Source: Amphiscolops sp. MND2022
Taxonomy: Eukaryota
Length of the DNA: 64,000 bases
NCBI GenBank assembly: GCA_964187785.1
Contig: OZ076409.1
Span: 96,164,001 to 96,228,000 of the forward strand
Direction: 5' to 3'
The position numbers were made by a program, and so were the translations under genes. Positions within the stretch are counted from its first letter, which is position 1. Each line of letters begins with the position of its first letter. Below are positions 26,101 to 35,969 of the stretch, one piece after another. The notes below the pieces were generated by a model. That model saw only the letters and a program-made list of their open reading frames with translations, did not search any database and was not told the DNA's origin.

Positions 26101-27513
26101 AGAGATTGGTTTTCCTTCCCTTTAGGTCCCAACGTTAAATTTCGGTACCTTTCAAAATGTCTTCATGATCCAGGCTAACTGATATTTTCCCATTACAGGC
26201 GCAGAGCTTTGAGTGGACCCTCATCTGTGATGAGTTCTTCGCCATCAAATTGGAATTCTTTTGCAAGCTCGTCAGTGACTGTTAGTATCACTACTTAGCC
26301 TCTTCTAGGACGTGTCCTTAACTCATATATAAGGTCCGCCTTTGTTGTAGATACTTCCAGTTTTGCGGTCAACCTGCAACAGCGACGAGATGGGTCCTTC
26401 TTCCTGTGTGGTGAGGTCTCTCGTTACATACATCAACTCTGTTTCCGGATCTACACCGCTGATACAGTCCCATTGGAAAATGCATGGTTCCAGCTCCTCA
26501 ATTTCCGTACTTCAGACGGAGTTTTCATCCCCGAGGCGGAGTTTCTGGCTCGTCTCAAGATCACCAACAAGGTCGCAACAGCCAGTAAGCAGAGGTCAGA
26601 AGGGGTCCATTCTGGTCAAAAGACTGAGCGTTCAGTAATTCAGAAGACAGCGGAGGCAATCAAGTCCAAGTTTGTCCAAGACGGGCAAAACTACCTGAAG
26701 TACCTATTGGGAGAGGTCCTCCATGAACCCGGTCTTAGCTCCAACATCATCAAAGGTCTGGCTGCTTTTGACCCAACTGTCATGCTCAAGAGGCCAATCG
26801 ACATTGCTCTTAAGCACTTTGAGTTGTTATACAGCACTTTCCTCCTCCGCTCTTGGGTCCTCGATGCCGATGAGTCAGCTTGTCGGGATGATTATTTGGC
26901 TCTTCTCGATCATCTTCGAGGGAATTACCCCCCTACCTTTGACGTCACCAGTGTCTCTCGAGACTTGATTGATTTCATGATGACCTTGGACTTCCTTCAG
27001 TCACGGGAGCGGCTTCTTTATTTGTTTAAGCTTTGCTGTCTGTGTGCAACCTCTGTTACTCCTACTTATCCAGTAGTAACTGCCGGGAGTGTGAGTACGG
27101 CGGGTCACCGAGGCAGATTTACCGATGTTATTCTGCCTGTCCAGAGTTATGTAAGCTCAGTTCCTGGATCAGCCGCTTTCTGTTGTAATGAAGCTAATCT
27201 GTCCAAGTTTTCTTTATTCGCTTCCTCCTTTGGACGATCTGCCTTCTCAGCCGATTACGACCCTTGGACGTACGTTGACGATTTTGGCCGTTCCAAAATT
27301 TACAAATCGCTGCTGTCCACCTACAAGTCCATTCTCTCTGTGCCTAAGGCAGTTTCCACTGAGGCAGGAACCAGGGGCGACGATAGTGTCGCCGATGAAT
27401 GTGCTCTGAAAGCCCCCAGCGCTAGCAAGCGCAGGAGGATGAGTCGGAGCGCTTCCCGATCTAGGACCTCTTCTGTCGTGGATGAGTGTGTCCCCAGTTC
27501 TTCTAAAAACTAA
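23177..27513 (+). CDS. Antisense six-exon gene in element B: BED-zinc-finger / degenerate hAT-transposase-like protein, 1259 aa
   Basis: Exons 23177-23192, 23398-25295, 25371-25856, 25954-26088, 26199-26280 and 26351-27513, all with GT-AG introns, join in frame (3780 nt). BED finger VWCHICKRNFSIRSKGTMEILRHHRSERH. The same exon structure is present in element C. Confidence 0.88.
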
Positions 27514-27788
27514 ATGTACATATGTAATTATGTACAACCAGTTGTAAACTTTGTTGATTTCTTTCCGTTTCTGTTATATTTTTTATTTCTTGTTGTTGTA
27601 TTTATTTGTATTCCATTTGTTGCCAATTTCTTGATCCCATATTATTCCCTTGAAGGGATCATTGTCAAACGTCCCGATATTTATTCAAAAAATACCACTT
27701 TCTGGGACTGAAAAGAAAAGAAGTAATGATAAAAAGGAAGAGAAAAGATAGTTCGGCGTCCGTTTTCGGGCACAATTTAATTTTTCCT

Positions 27789-30700
27789 TTAGTATCTAAA
27801 GTCTTCTGAGTAGTTAGGGGTAGGATTAGGCCTGAGATTATATTTCCCAGCTCTAGGACTCAGATTTTTATTTCCTTCTTCATTTTGCGATATTTCGGGC
27901 ACGATAATATCATCCCCCCTATTTGGAGAATTTTCTGCATCTTTTTCATTCATCAAATTTCTTTCTGGAAAATTTGCATCGTCTTTTAGTCCTTCAGCCG
28001 TATTCGGCACAGGTTTTTCTTGGGTTTTTGGGGAAACGGCCGGATTTGGCCAATCAAATTCGTCATTTCTAATAGCTTCAGTAGCTTTATTTCTTTTAGT
28101 GACGTCATCAATTAATCGTTCATTCCGGCTATGCGACGCGCGGTCAGTGAAATTTGATTCGTCACTCGTGATTACATAATCAACTTCATTCTCGCTTGCG
28201 TCACTTGCATTCGGTTCTGCCGTAGTCGGCTGTTCGTCATTCGTCAAGCTGGTCGGAATAGGCTCGCTGCCTCGTGTGTCTAGTTGTTCGCCAAAGTTTG
28301 TTTCCCACGTTATTACATACAAGTCGTCTTGCGGAATGATTATTTCGTCATCCGGCTGTAGACGCTGTTCTCGGAAATTGTCCTCAAGTGGTTGATTTGG
28401 CACAAACTTTTTGAGACGAATTCGATGCAATATCTGCGTTTTATTTGTATTAAGCCTTCGGACAATGTAATTCTCATTAGGTAAGGTCTTTTGGACTATA
28501 AATGGTCCAACCCAACGATAATCCCTGAATGGAATTTTTGATCCTTGATGATCCGCTTTCGGCTGTAATACAAAACAGTAATCGCCCTCTTTGAGTGGGG
28601 CGGCTTTTGCTTTTCGGTCGTAATACTCCTTATATTTGATATATGACTGCATGATGTTCTGTTTAGTTTTGTCAATAAGGAGTTTGGTCCGGTTCTGGAT
28701 TTCTTCTGCGAATTCAGTAGTCGGATGGATTTGCTCATTTGGATTCATTCCAAGTTTGTGGTCCAAGATGTTGTATGGGATTCTCCCATGGAACACTCTT
28801 GTGGGTTCGCATCCGATACTGGCATGATAACTTGTGTTATGATTGAGAACTGCTAAAGGCAAATATTTATGCCATTGTCGGCGATATTCCCCACATGCCA
28901 TTTTCAGGTTCGTTTTTAATGAGGCATGCGTTCGCTCTAATTTCTCGATGGTTTGCGGGTGTTTCGTCGTTGCACATTTTAGGGTAATGCCTAAAATCTG
29001 TGTAATTTCCGCAATGATCGTGGAAGTAAAGGCAGTTCCTTTGTCCGTAATGAGCGTCGTCGGTAGGTAAGAATGTTTCGTCATAATATCAATGATTGCT
29101 TTAGCTACATTGATCGCTGATGCGTCTGTAAGAGGATAAGCAAACAAGTATCTAGAGAAGACATCAATTGCAGTTAAAACATTTTCGTATCCTCCACTTG
29201 GGGGAAGATTCGGCAATAAGTCGATTTGCATGGCGTCTTCAGGTCCAAGGTCCCATTCGGGCAAATTGAGTAGTTCAGGCGTGATTGTTGCGTTTGGGAC
29301 TCGTTTGTCCTTCGCACATTGTTCACACCCTTCTACCCACTTTTTGACATGTTTCGCCATGTTAGGGTAATAATATCTCTGTCTGATCTCCTGCAGCATC
29401 TTTGAGATGCCTGGGTGCTTGTGGGCTGTCCCGTGTAGGGACTGAAGCAATTCTGGCAGCAAGTGTTGCGGGAGAAGAATTTGATGATATTTTATATTCC
29501 CGGTTTCGTCAAAATATTGCCTTGTTAGGATGTCTTCCTTGATGACAATTCTTTCCAGATTATTAGCATAATGTCTGTATCGAGCATCCTGTTGCAGTAT
29601 GTTTTCTGAGTACTCTTCATGAAGGAGCTTCGCCTTCAGTTGTTGCAATACTGTATCTTTGGATTGCTCAATAATTATCTGGTTGGTTTTCCTCAGTCGG
29701 ACTTGTATTTCAGGTTGTTGTTTGGCTAAGTTAGTATAGAGAGTTTGTATTGTAACAGTAGGTTCTTCATTTACAGGATTTTTCCTGATTGCTTCTTTTC
29801 TCGCCCAATATTGTTCTTCAGTCTCATCATCGTCATTCGTGTAGAAGATTTGCTCTTCCTGTGAGACTCCGGCTGATTGGACGTTTATTTCTATTGGCAG
29901 TGTTTGTACATCTTCGCGGATTTTCATGACTAATTTGTCCTTCGGTTCGGCTTCCAATCGAGATAAATAATCTGCTGCCGTATTTTGTGCTCCTGGGATG
30001 TGCGCGATGACAAAATTGAACTGAATTACATAGTCACACGCATTCCACAGGGCTGGGGGTACGATTTTCGTTTGGAAAAATCTTGTTACGGCTTTGTTGT
30101 CAGTTAGGATTATAACCGGTTTCGGCGCTCCCCAGAAGATATGTCCAAATTCTTTAAATGCGAAGTAGATCGCGAGAAATTCTTTTGCATAAATCGACAT
30201 CTTTATCTGGGCTGGGGTGAAGGTTTTTGAACCATAAGCGACCGGTGCATATGATTTGCGGATTGACGTGAATTTCTGACTCGGGTCATCTTCGATGAGT
30301 ACTGCATATCCTGCAGCACCAAAACTTGCATCTGTCATTAGGGCAATTTGTTTGTTCGGGATGGGTTGTTGTAGGGCCAAGTCGCAGCATTTGTCCAGAG
30401 CTCGATTGATTTCCTCAAATTGTTGAACTAGTTCCTTGGACACTAGGACTTTTTCGTCACTCTTGAGCATCTTGTAGAACGGAGCAAGGCGTTCAGACAG
30501 TCTTGGGACATAATTCCGGTAGTAGTTCAAGAAACCCAAATATCTTTGTAGAGCCTTTTTCGACTTCGGAAATTTGGTCTTTTCTAGGAAATTCTGAACA
30601 TTCTGCCGTTGGGGCTTGACGCCTTGTGCGGTTATTGTCCTGCCAAGGAAATCGATTTCTGTGGCACCAAAATGGCACTTGTGCATTGTCAATTTAAGGC

Positions 30701-32996
30701 CTGCCTCCTGGATGCATTTGAAAGTTGCTCTCAGGTTAGCAATAAGGTGATCGGCGTCGTTGGCTGCGATGCCAATATCGTCTACATACTGTGCACATTG
30801 GTCCGCTTTTATGACTTTGTCTAGGTACTCTCTCATAAAGCTGGAGAATGCGGACAGTGCCCTACTAAGGCCTTGTGCCAGTCGTCTGTAGGCGAATGTG
30901 CGGCTTGCAAAGTTAAAGGCCAGCATTTCGATTGAACGTTGGTCGGCCATGGGAAGGCAATGATACGCCTGTGAACAGTCTAACTTGCAAAAGAGTTTCT
31001 TGCCTGCCATGTGTTGGGCGGCATCGACTAGGGTACTGACTGGATGATTATTGTTAATATAATCATCGGAGATTAGGTTGTTGATTTTTCTCAAGTCAAC
31101 CAGAAGTCTCAGTTTCCCATTCGGTTTCTTTTGTGCAAAGATTGGACTGGCGTATTTCGAGAACGGTAGGGTAGTTATGATGCCATATTTGTGGAGCATG
31201 GCTAATTCGACTAAAATGTCCTCCTTCAGGTTAATCGGCGCAGGGAGGCTTTGGCTGTAGGCTGGGGAATCGTCCTTGGGTGTCAACTTCACTTTGAATT
31301 CCTCATTCATGCCTATGTCGAATCTATGTCTTGCAAAGATATCATGGAACTCCACTAGTAATTGTTCAATTTTCTCTTTTTCATCAGGTGTCAATGTGGA
31401 GTCTTTCCAGTCAAAGTTTTCTAGGAATTTTGCCTTAGATTCCTCATCCTTTGTGGGATCGAGTGATTCTAGGTCCTGTAGGGCTTGTAATTCACGGAGT
31501 ATCCTTTTTTGGATTGGTGTATGTTCTTCTGGGTTCCCTGGGTTCTCTGGGGTTGGGAACCAGTAGTTTTCGGTATTTTGTGGATTCTTGTTAGTCTTGA
31601 TGAGACTACTGACGTAATGGGCTGCCTGTTCTTGGTCATTTTGTAACAAATGCCAGGTTGAAGCTGGGTCTACTGGTTTGACGTATTTCATCTGCTCTGG
31701 CGTCATGACTGAGAAGCTGGCAATATGGAGTCCCTTTTTGAGCTTGTAAGGGTGGTCTGTGAAATTATTCACCGGTATCTGTATATTGCCATCGTTCAAA
31801 GTAACCAGGGCTGGGCAGAATGTGATGTCTCCTTCTTCATGAAGAAGGTCGCTCGGTTGTAAAATCCCTGTGACCGTGTTTTCAGGGTACAATAGGGAAT
31901 TGGTCCTAATTAGGACTCTGTCGTTTGGCGGAATGGTTATTTCGGTAGGGTTCAAAATTGTTTCAAGTAGATTCGAGTATTTGTGATCAGCTGTTTTGAG
32001 CTGCATCGAAAAGAATGGAAAGTTCAGTATTCCTTGCTTCATGTCCAAAACTGTATGGTTTCTCTGTAGGAACATCAGTCCTATAATTGGTCCTGTCAAG
32101 TGTTCCATTACTATGAAAATTTCATGGAATTCTATGTCACCAACTTCAAATTTGAGCTCTATAGTACTCTTTGGAGTCTCTAGTTGCCCATTTGCGACCA
32201 TTATCTGGAAATTCGGAGGTGGACCTTCCCGGATGACTGATTGCGGCGATAGGAGCCTGATTTTCCGGAGGTCCATTTCAGGGATTGCACTGGATAAGGC
32301 ACCCGTGTCAATAAGTCCATCTATGGTCAGTTCCCCAAAGTCCATAGGGAAATACAGCATGCGTTTTTTGCATTTCAAGTTTATGTTGGTGGACAGAGGA
32401 ATACAGTCTGGTTCTCCTTCTCTGGTGATGAGGATGTTCTGGAACCGACTTTCATCAAGTAGTGAGTGTGGTATTGTTTCTTCTTGTTTGTCTGAGGTCT
32501 CGGTCCCCAAGGGGTTTGGGAATACCGGATGGCTTGTACCATCATTCATCTGCCATGTTTCAATCAATGCTCTGGTTTTCTTGTTATGGGTGATTGGTGG
32601 ATTGTCATGGACTGATCTGTTATAGAGTTCTATATCATCAATAACGTATTGGAATTGCAACAAATCCTGGTTATAAAGTTCGGTGTCCCAATAGGGATCT
32701 CGTCCATAGTCAGGATCTATGTAGGTAGGATTGTAGTCATCTACCAAGGGAATGGGCCTGAATCGGCTATTGAAAGCAGATGTGTAATCAGGGTCCCATA
32801 CAGGAATTGGTTTTTGGAACAAATGGGTATTATTATAGGTAATAATGGTAGCTTTTTCCATCTGTTGCTGCCAGACAACAGAAGGGTAACCCATTAGTTG
32901 CTGCTGATAGTTATGAAAGCTTTGAGTTGGAGGGTCCGATTTGATGTATTGTCGGACAGAGACTAATTGGTTATATTGGAGTCGTGGCGAAGTTAG
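27789..32996 (-). CDS. pol: Pol polyprotein of element B (PR, dUTPase-like linker, RT, RNase H, integrase with GPY/F motif)
   Basis: LIDTGA, YVDD, MTDAS..AKEF..TDN, HGTAHKH..CEQC, QIDLL/ITDKG/KLER, WVGPF. The frame stays open upstream of ATG 32894 back to the slippery site at the gag end. Confidence 0.96.
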   Translation of the reverse strand, partial: LTSPRLQYNQLVSVRQYIKSDPPTQSFHNYQQQLMGYPSVVWQQQMEKATIITYNNTHLFQKPIPVWDPDYTSAFNSRFRPIPLVDDYNPTYIDPDYGRDPYWDTELYNQDLLQFQYVIDDIELYNRSVHDNPPITHNKKTRALIETWQMNDGTSHPVFPNPLGTETSDKQEETIPHSLLDESRFQNILITREGEPDCIPLSTNINLKCKKRMLYFPMDFGELTIDGLIDTGALSSAIPEMDLRKIRLLSPQSVIREGPPPNFQIMVANGQLETPKSTIELKFEVGDIEFHEIFIVMEHLTGPIIGLMFLQRNHTVLDMKQGILNFPFFSMQLKTADHKYSNLLETILNPTEITIPPNDRVLIRTNSLLYPENTVTGILQPSDLLHEEGDITFCPALVTLNDGNIQIPVNNFTDHPYKLKKGLHIASFSVMTPEQMKYVKPVDPASTWHLLQNDQEQAAHYVSSLIKTNKNPQNTENYWFPTPENPGNPEEHTPIQKRILRELQALQDLESLDPTKDEESKAKFLENFDWKDSTLTPDEKEKIEQLLVEFHDIFARHRFDIGMNEEFKVKLTPKDDSPAYSQSLPAPINLKEDILVELAMLHKYGIITTLPFSKYASPIFAQKKPNGKLRLLVDLRKINNLISDDYINNNHPVSTLVDAAQHMAGKKLFCKLDCSQAYHCLPMADQRSIEMLAFNFASRTFAYRRLAQGLSRALSAFSSFMREYLDKVIKADQCAQYVDDIGIAANDADHLIANLRATFKCIQEAGLKLTMHKCHFGATEIDFLGRTITAQGVKPQRQNVQNFLEKTKFPKSKKALQRYLGFLNYYRNYVPRLSERLAPFYKMLKSDEKVLVSKELVQQFEEINRALDKCCDLALQQPIPNKQIALMTDASFGAAGYAVLIEDDPSQKFTSIRKSYAPVAYGSKTFTPAQIKMSIYAKEFLAIYFAFKEFGHIFWGAPKPVIILTDNKAVTRFFQTKIVPPALWNACDYVIQFNFVIAHIPGAQNTAADYLSRLEAEPKDKLVMKIREDVQTLPIEINVQSAGVSQEEQIFYTNDDDETEEQYWARKEAIRKNPVNEEPTVTIQTLYTNLAKQQPEIQVRLRKTNQIIIEQSKDTVLQQLKAKLLHEEYSENILQQDARYRHYANNLERIVIKEDILTRQYFDETGNIKYHQILLPQHLLPELLQSLHGTAHKHPGISKMLQEIRQRYYYPNMAKHVKKWVEGCEQCAKDKRVPNATITPELLNLPEWDLGPEDAMQIDLLPNLPPSGGYENVLTAIDVFSRYLFAYPLTDASAINVAKAIIDIMTKHSYLPTTLITDKGTAFTSTIIAEITQILGITLKCATTKHPQTIEKLERTHASLKTNLKMACGEYRRQWHKYLPLAVLNHNTSYHASIGCEPTRVFHGRIPYNILDHKLGMNPNEQIHPTTEFAEEIQNRTKLLIDKTKQNIMQSYIKYKEYYDRKAKAAPLKEGDYCFVLQPKADHQGSKIPFRDYRWVGPFIVQKTLPNENYIVRRLNTNKTQILHRIRLKKFVPNQPLEDNFREQRLQPDDEIIIPQDDLYVITWETNFGEQLDTRGSEPIPTSLTNDEQPTTAEPNASDASENEVDYVITSDESNFTDRASHSRNERLIDDVTKRNKATEAIRNDEFDWPNPAVSPKTQEKPVPNTAEGLKDDANFPERNLMNEKDAENSPNRGDDIIVPEISQNEEGNKNLSPRAGKYNLRPNPTPNYSEDFRY

Positions 32997-34714
32997 TTTT
33001 TTGACTCATCATTAGAGGATGAGGATTGGGAGCTTGGTGATGTTGATTTGTTTTGTGGTTTCTGCGCCTTTGAATTGGGCTTACCATCATTGGCGTCATC
33101 TGGTCTGGTGCGTTTGGGTTTGAGATGTGCACCAGCGCATTGCCAACATCTTTCTTCGGGGTGGTTCTTTTTACCACAAGTGCCACACTCCGGGTACGTC
33201 TTTTTCTGAGTCTGTTTGCCTTGTTGGGCATCTTTTTCTTTTTTCTTCTTCAGTTTCTCGCAATCCTTGACCATATGGCCCTTTTCCTTGCAATAATTGC
33301 ACGTTATGTCACTCATCTGTACATTGGAAGGAACAGTTTTTGTCTTGCCAACCGAAGATGTCATTGACGCTATAGGTAGGTCGTCAGACTCCTCGAGTGC
33401 ATTCAGTTCCAGTTCTCTTTCTAGATGAGCGACTATTTCATCGTAAGAGCCATTCTCTAGTCTAGCCATGTTGACTGATCTTTTGAGCTTTGGTGGCAGT
33501 TTTGCGTATAGGAGACTGTCGATCATTTTTTGGGCATTGTCTCCAAAGGCTTTTTCTGCTCCTTGGTTAAGCTCTTCAAGGAAGTCTGGCAATTTGGTCG
33601 TGTTAGGGTCAAAGACTAGGCGATGCCATTTGTGTTTTGCAGTTGCCTGAGATTCAGGTTTGACGTACTTTCGTCTGAAAATAACAAGTACATCCTCAAG
33701 AGTTTGTCTATTGGCGTTGCTGATGTTTCTGAATGTTTGGAGTGCATTCTTTCGCAGCAAGGAATGGAAGTGATTGATTTTCATTTGTTCGGTCATCTCA
33801 GGCTGCATCTTGATCATCGTATGGAATAAATCCTCAAACAGCTCGAACTTCTCACTTTTTCCGTCGAATGTCATTGTGTTGGAGTTGACTGGGCGGATAG
33901 TGAGTTGTTGGGCCGTTGGACGGTTCTGCATACTAGTCAAAACATCTGCTAGCCTGTTGATGGGGTCTTGTTCTGATGCCAGAGCGGGTCGTTCTTGTGC
34001 TGGGATCGTCGTGTCGAGCAGCGGAAGGTCATCGCAGGATCTGTTGAGATGACTAGTGGATGGCATTCGTCCTGTGAGAAACTCAGGAACTTCAATTGGA
34101 GATTCGTTTTCTCCTGTCACCATGTCGTAAGCACGAGTATCTGAGGGTATGAATCCATCCTTCTCACGATTACCAAGTGTCTTACTCTTCAAATTGTTTC
34201 TAGAGTCCGCATTACGTAGAACTTCGGAATATCCTTCCGGTCTCTCGGACGGTATGTTCCATCTCTCTTTGGTCATATGTCCGGAATCGGCCATAAGGGC
34301 ATTTTGAATCTGGGGAAGAACTTGATTACTGATTGCCTCACTTATAGCTCTTTGAATCTGCACACTGACGCTGTTCATCATCTCATCCATCTCCCGAGAT
34401 ATACGGGAATTCAACTCACTCGACAATCTGTTGATCTCGGCGTTAGAACTACCTCTAGCTGAGTTCTGGCCTAGTTCGGCATTTGGACTAGGTCCATTGT
34501 TTTCAGAGTTAGATAACCTATTTTCATCCTCATTTTCAAATTCGTCGCCAAAAGGACTACCAGGTCTTCTGGCCTGGTTACTATTTAGACTATCACTTCT
34601 CCCATTTCTATTGTAATGATTTCCTCCAAGCATTATGTCTAAATTCTCAATATCTGACAACATTTCTGCCTCTCTTGATTTTCTCGCTTTCTTTTGTTTC
34701 CTTGTGGTAGGCAT
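32993..34714 (-). CDS. gag: Gag of element B (573 aa; first 197 codons lie inside the 5' LTR)
   Basis: Capsid-like FDGKSEKFELFEDLF region and two CCHC knuckles (CNYCKEKGHMVKDC, CGTCGKKNHPEERC). Confidence 0.93.
   Translation of the reverse strand: MPTTRKQKKARKSREAEMLSDIENLDIMLGGNHYNRNGRSDSLNSNQARRPGSPFGDEFENEDENRLSNSENNGPSPNAELGQNSARGSSNAEINRLSSELNSRISREMDEMMNSVSVQIQRAISEAISNQVLPQIQNALMADSGHMTKERWNIPSERPEGYSEVLRNADSRNNLKSKTLGNREKDGFIPSDTRAYDMVTGENESPIEVPEFLTGRMPSTSHLNRSCDDLPLLDTTIPAQERPALASEQDPINRLADVLTSMQNRPTAQQLTIRPVNSNTMTFDGKSEKFELFEDLFHTMIKMQPEMTEQMKINHFHSLLRKNALQTFRNISNANRQTLEDVLVIFRRKYVKPESQATAKHKWHRLVFDPNTTKLPDFLEELNQGAEKAFGDNAQKMIDSLLYAKLPPKLKRSVNMARLENGSYDEIVAHLERELELNALEESDDLPIASMTSSVGKTKTVPSNVQMSDITCNYCKEKGHMVKDCEKLKKKKEKDAQQGKQTQKKTYPECGTCGKKNHPEERCWQCAGAHLKPKRTRPDDANDGKPNSKAQKPQNKSTSPSSQSSSSNDESKN
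32996..33002 (-). promoter_or_regulatory. -1 ribosomal frameshift slippery heptamer A AAA AAC
   Basis: Immediately before the gag TAA. The -1 frame reads KLTSPRLQYNQLVSVRQYIKSDPPTQSFHNYQQQLMGYP straight into pol. Confidence 0.85.
34111..34122 (-). promoter_or_regulatory. Primer-binding site of element B (tRNA-Leu-like), translated within gag
   Basis: TGGTGACAGGAG directly follows the LTR-terminal CA. Confidence 0.75.
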
Positions 34715-35969
34715 TGAAATTGAACCGGGTTGAATAATTCAATTATTAAAACCGGAAAACTGACAAACGTCGTTGCAATAATTCGATCTTTATCAAAGCA
34801 AGGTTATTGAAATTGTGTCCCCCTTTGCAGGAAAGTAACTATATATACTCCTGAAAGATGACACTTACATTCCACGGATTCTTTGATCAAGATAATATCA
34901 TCTGGTTATGTCCTCAACGGGTCATGTGACAAATATTATTACGGCATCGGGTATTAATATTTCAAAGCAACTATTTTAGGGTGATGTCCCGATTGGGAAA
35001 ATTCCTAACATTTTACAATCACAACTATTCATTCATCAAAGGCGGCATCAAAATATTTACTAGTGCATCAAATGAAATTTCCGTCTATCAAAGGAACTAG
35101 CACTCATCATGAATATAAATAGCATTGCACACATTCCTTTCAGGCACGTGCCACCACGTGACCTAAAATTAGCTTTGCAACAGTGTGAAGCACATCATGT
35201 TATTAGGCCTAATACGGCCAATTGTCATATTAATAATTATATGCGTTGATTAACCGATTAGCCCCAAATATATGTACTGCATCACTTTCCAAAGGAACGT
35301 AACAACTTCAATGGCCGGAAATAGCCGGCTAATTAATAGGCAAGTACTAATGAAATATGGCCTTAAGGGCCTAGCAAAAGGTTGAGTATTAAGACGAAGC
35401 ATCAGTTATGAACAGAGATCTGGCTATTATGAAAACACAAATTCAACAAACATGACTTGTTTCATGTTAAATTATCACCTTATTTCAGTCTTGAACTAAG
35501 GGGACGGAACCGTCCATTTGACCAGTATATTAAAAGAGAAATATTAAAGCACGGCAACTGGCCTTACTCGGCCATTAGTTAGGTATCATCAATAGGCAAG
35601 ATTATATACTGCGATGTGATTGGCTGAGGCAACGTGCTCAAGTGACGCAATCGGTATAGTGCTGTTCGTCACTTGAACACGTTTCCTTTACTGCCTTACA
35701 GTTGCTCGTTTCGTTGTATTTTCTATCGTTTTAAATTAGCGCCTTACAACTCCACCAACTCGATTGAAATTTCCAATTGTTAGATTTAACAGACTAATTG
35801 TATATAAAATGAGCATCATCAATGATCATAAAGCACAAAATAACAAAATGGCGTGAAAGTTTGATATCAATTGTAAGTTCTTAATAAATAGGTAAGGTTC
35901 CGGGTACATATTCTTGGCCAACTGCCGAAGTAGTTACTGTCGTGCCGTCACAGGCGGCAGCCTGCGACA
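34123..35969 (-). repeat. 5' LTR of element B
   Basis: Direct repeat of 19741-21587, followed by the PBS. A TATA-like tatatatag (about 34839-34847) lies upstream of the gag ATG at 34714. Confidence 0.96.

Larger units (their letters stand above)
19741..35969 (-). mobile_element. Element B: 16.2-kb near-intact Ty3/Gypsy LTR retrotransposon with extra cargo genes
   Basis: 1847-bp LTRs at 19741-21587 and 34123-35969 (TGTCGCAG...TTACGACA on minus), TSD ACTGT (19736-19740, 35970-35974), PBS, and open gag and pol. Confidence 0.97.

Noticed and set aside
22900..27700. BED gene as a recently nested autonomous hAT transposon
   Set aside because: I found no TIRs or 8-bp TSD around it, the catalytic residues look absent, and the same position, orientation and exon structure occur in diverged element C.
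31996..34052. Plus-strand ORFs overlapping pol and gag (e.g. 209 aa at 31996-32625)
   Set aside because: Antisense shadows of coding sequence with no motifs.
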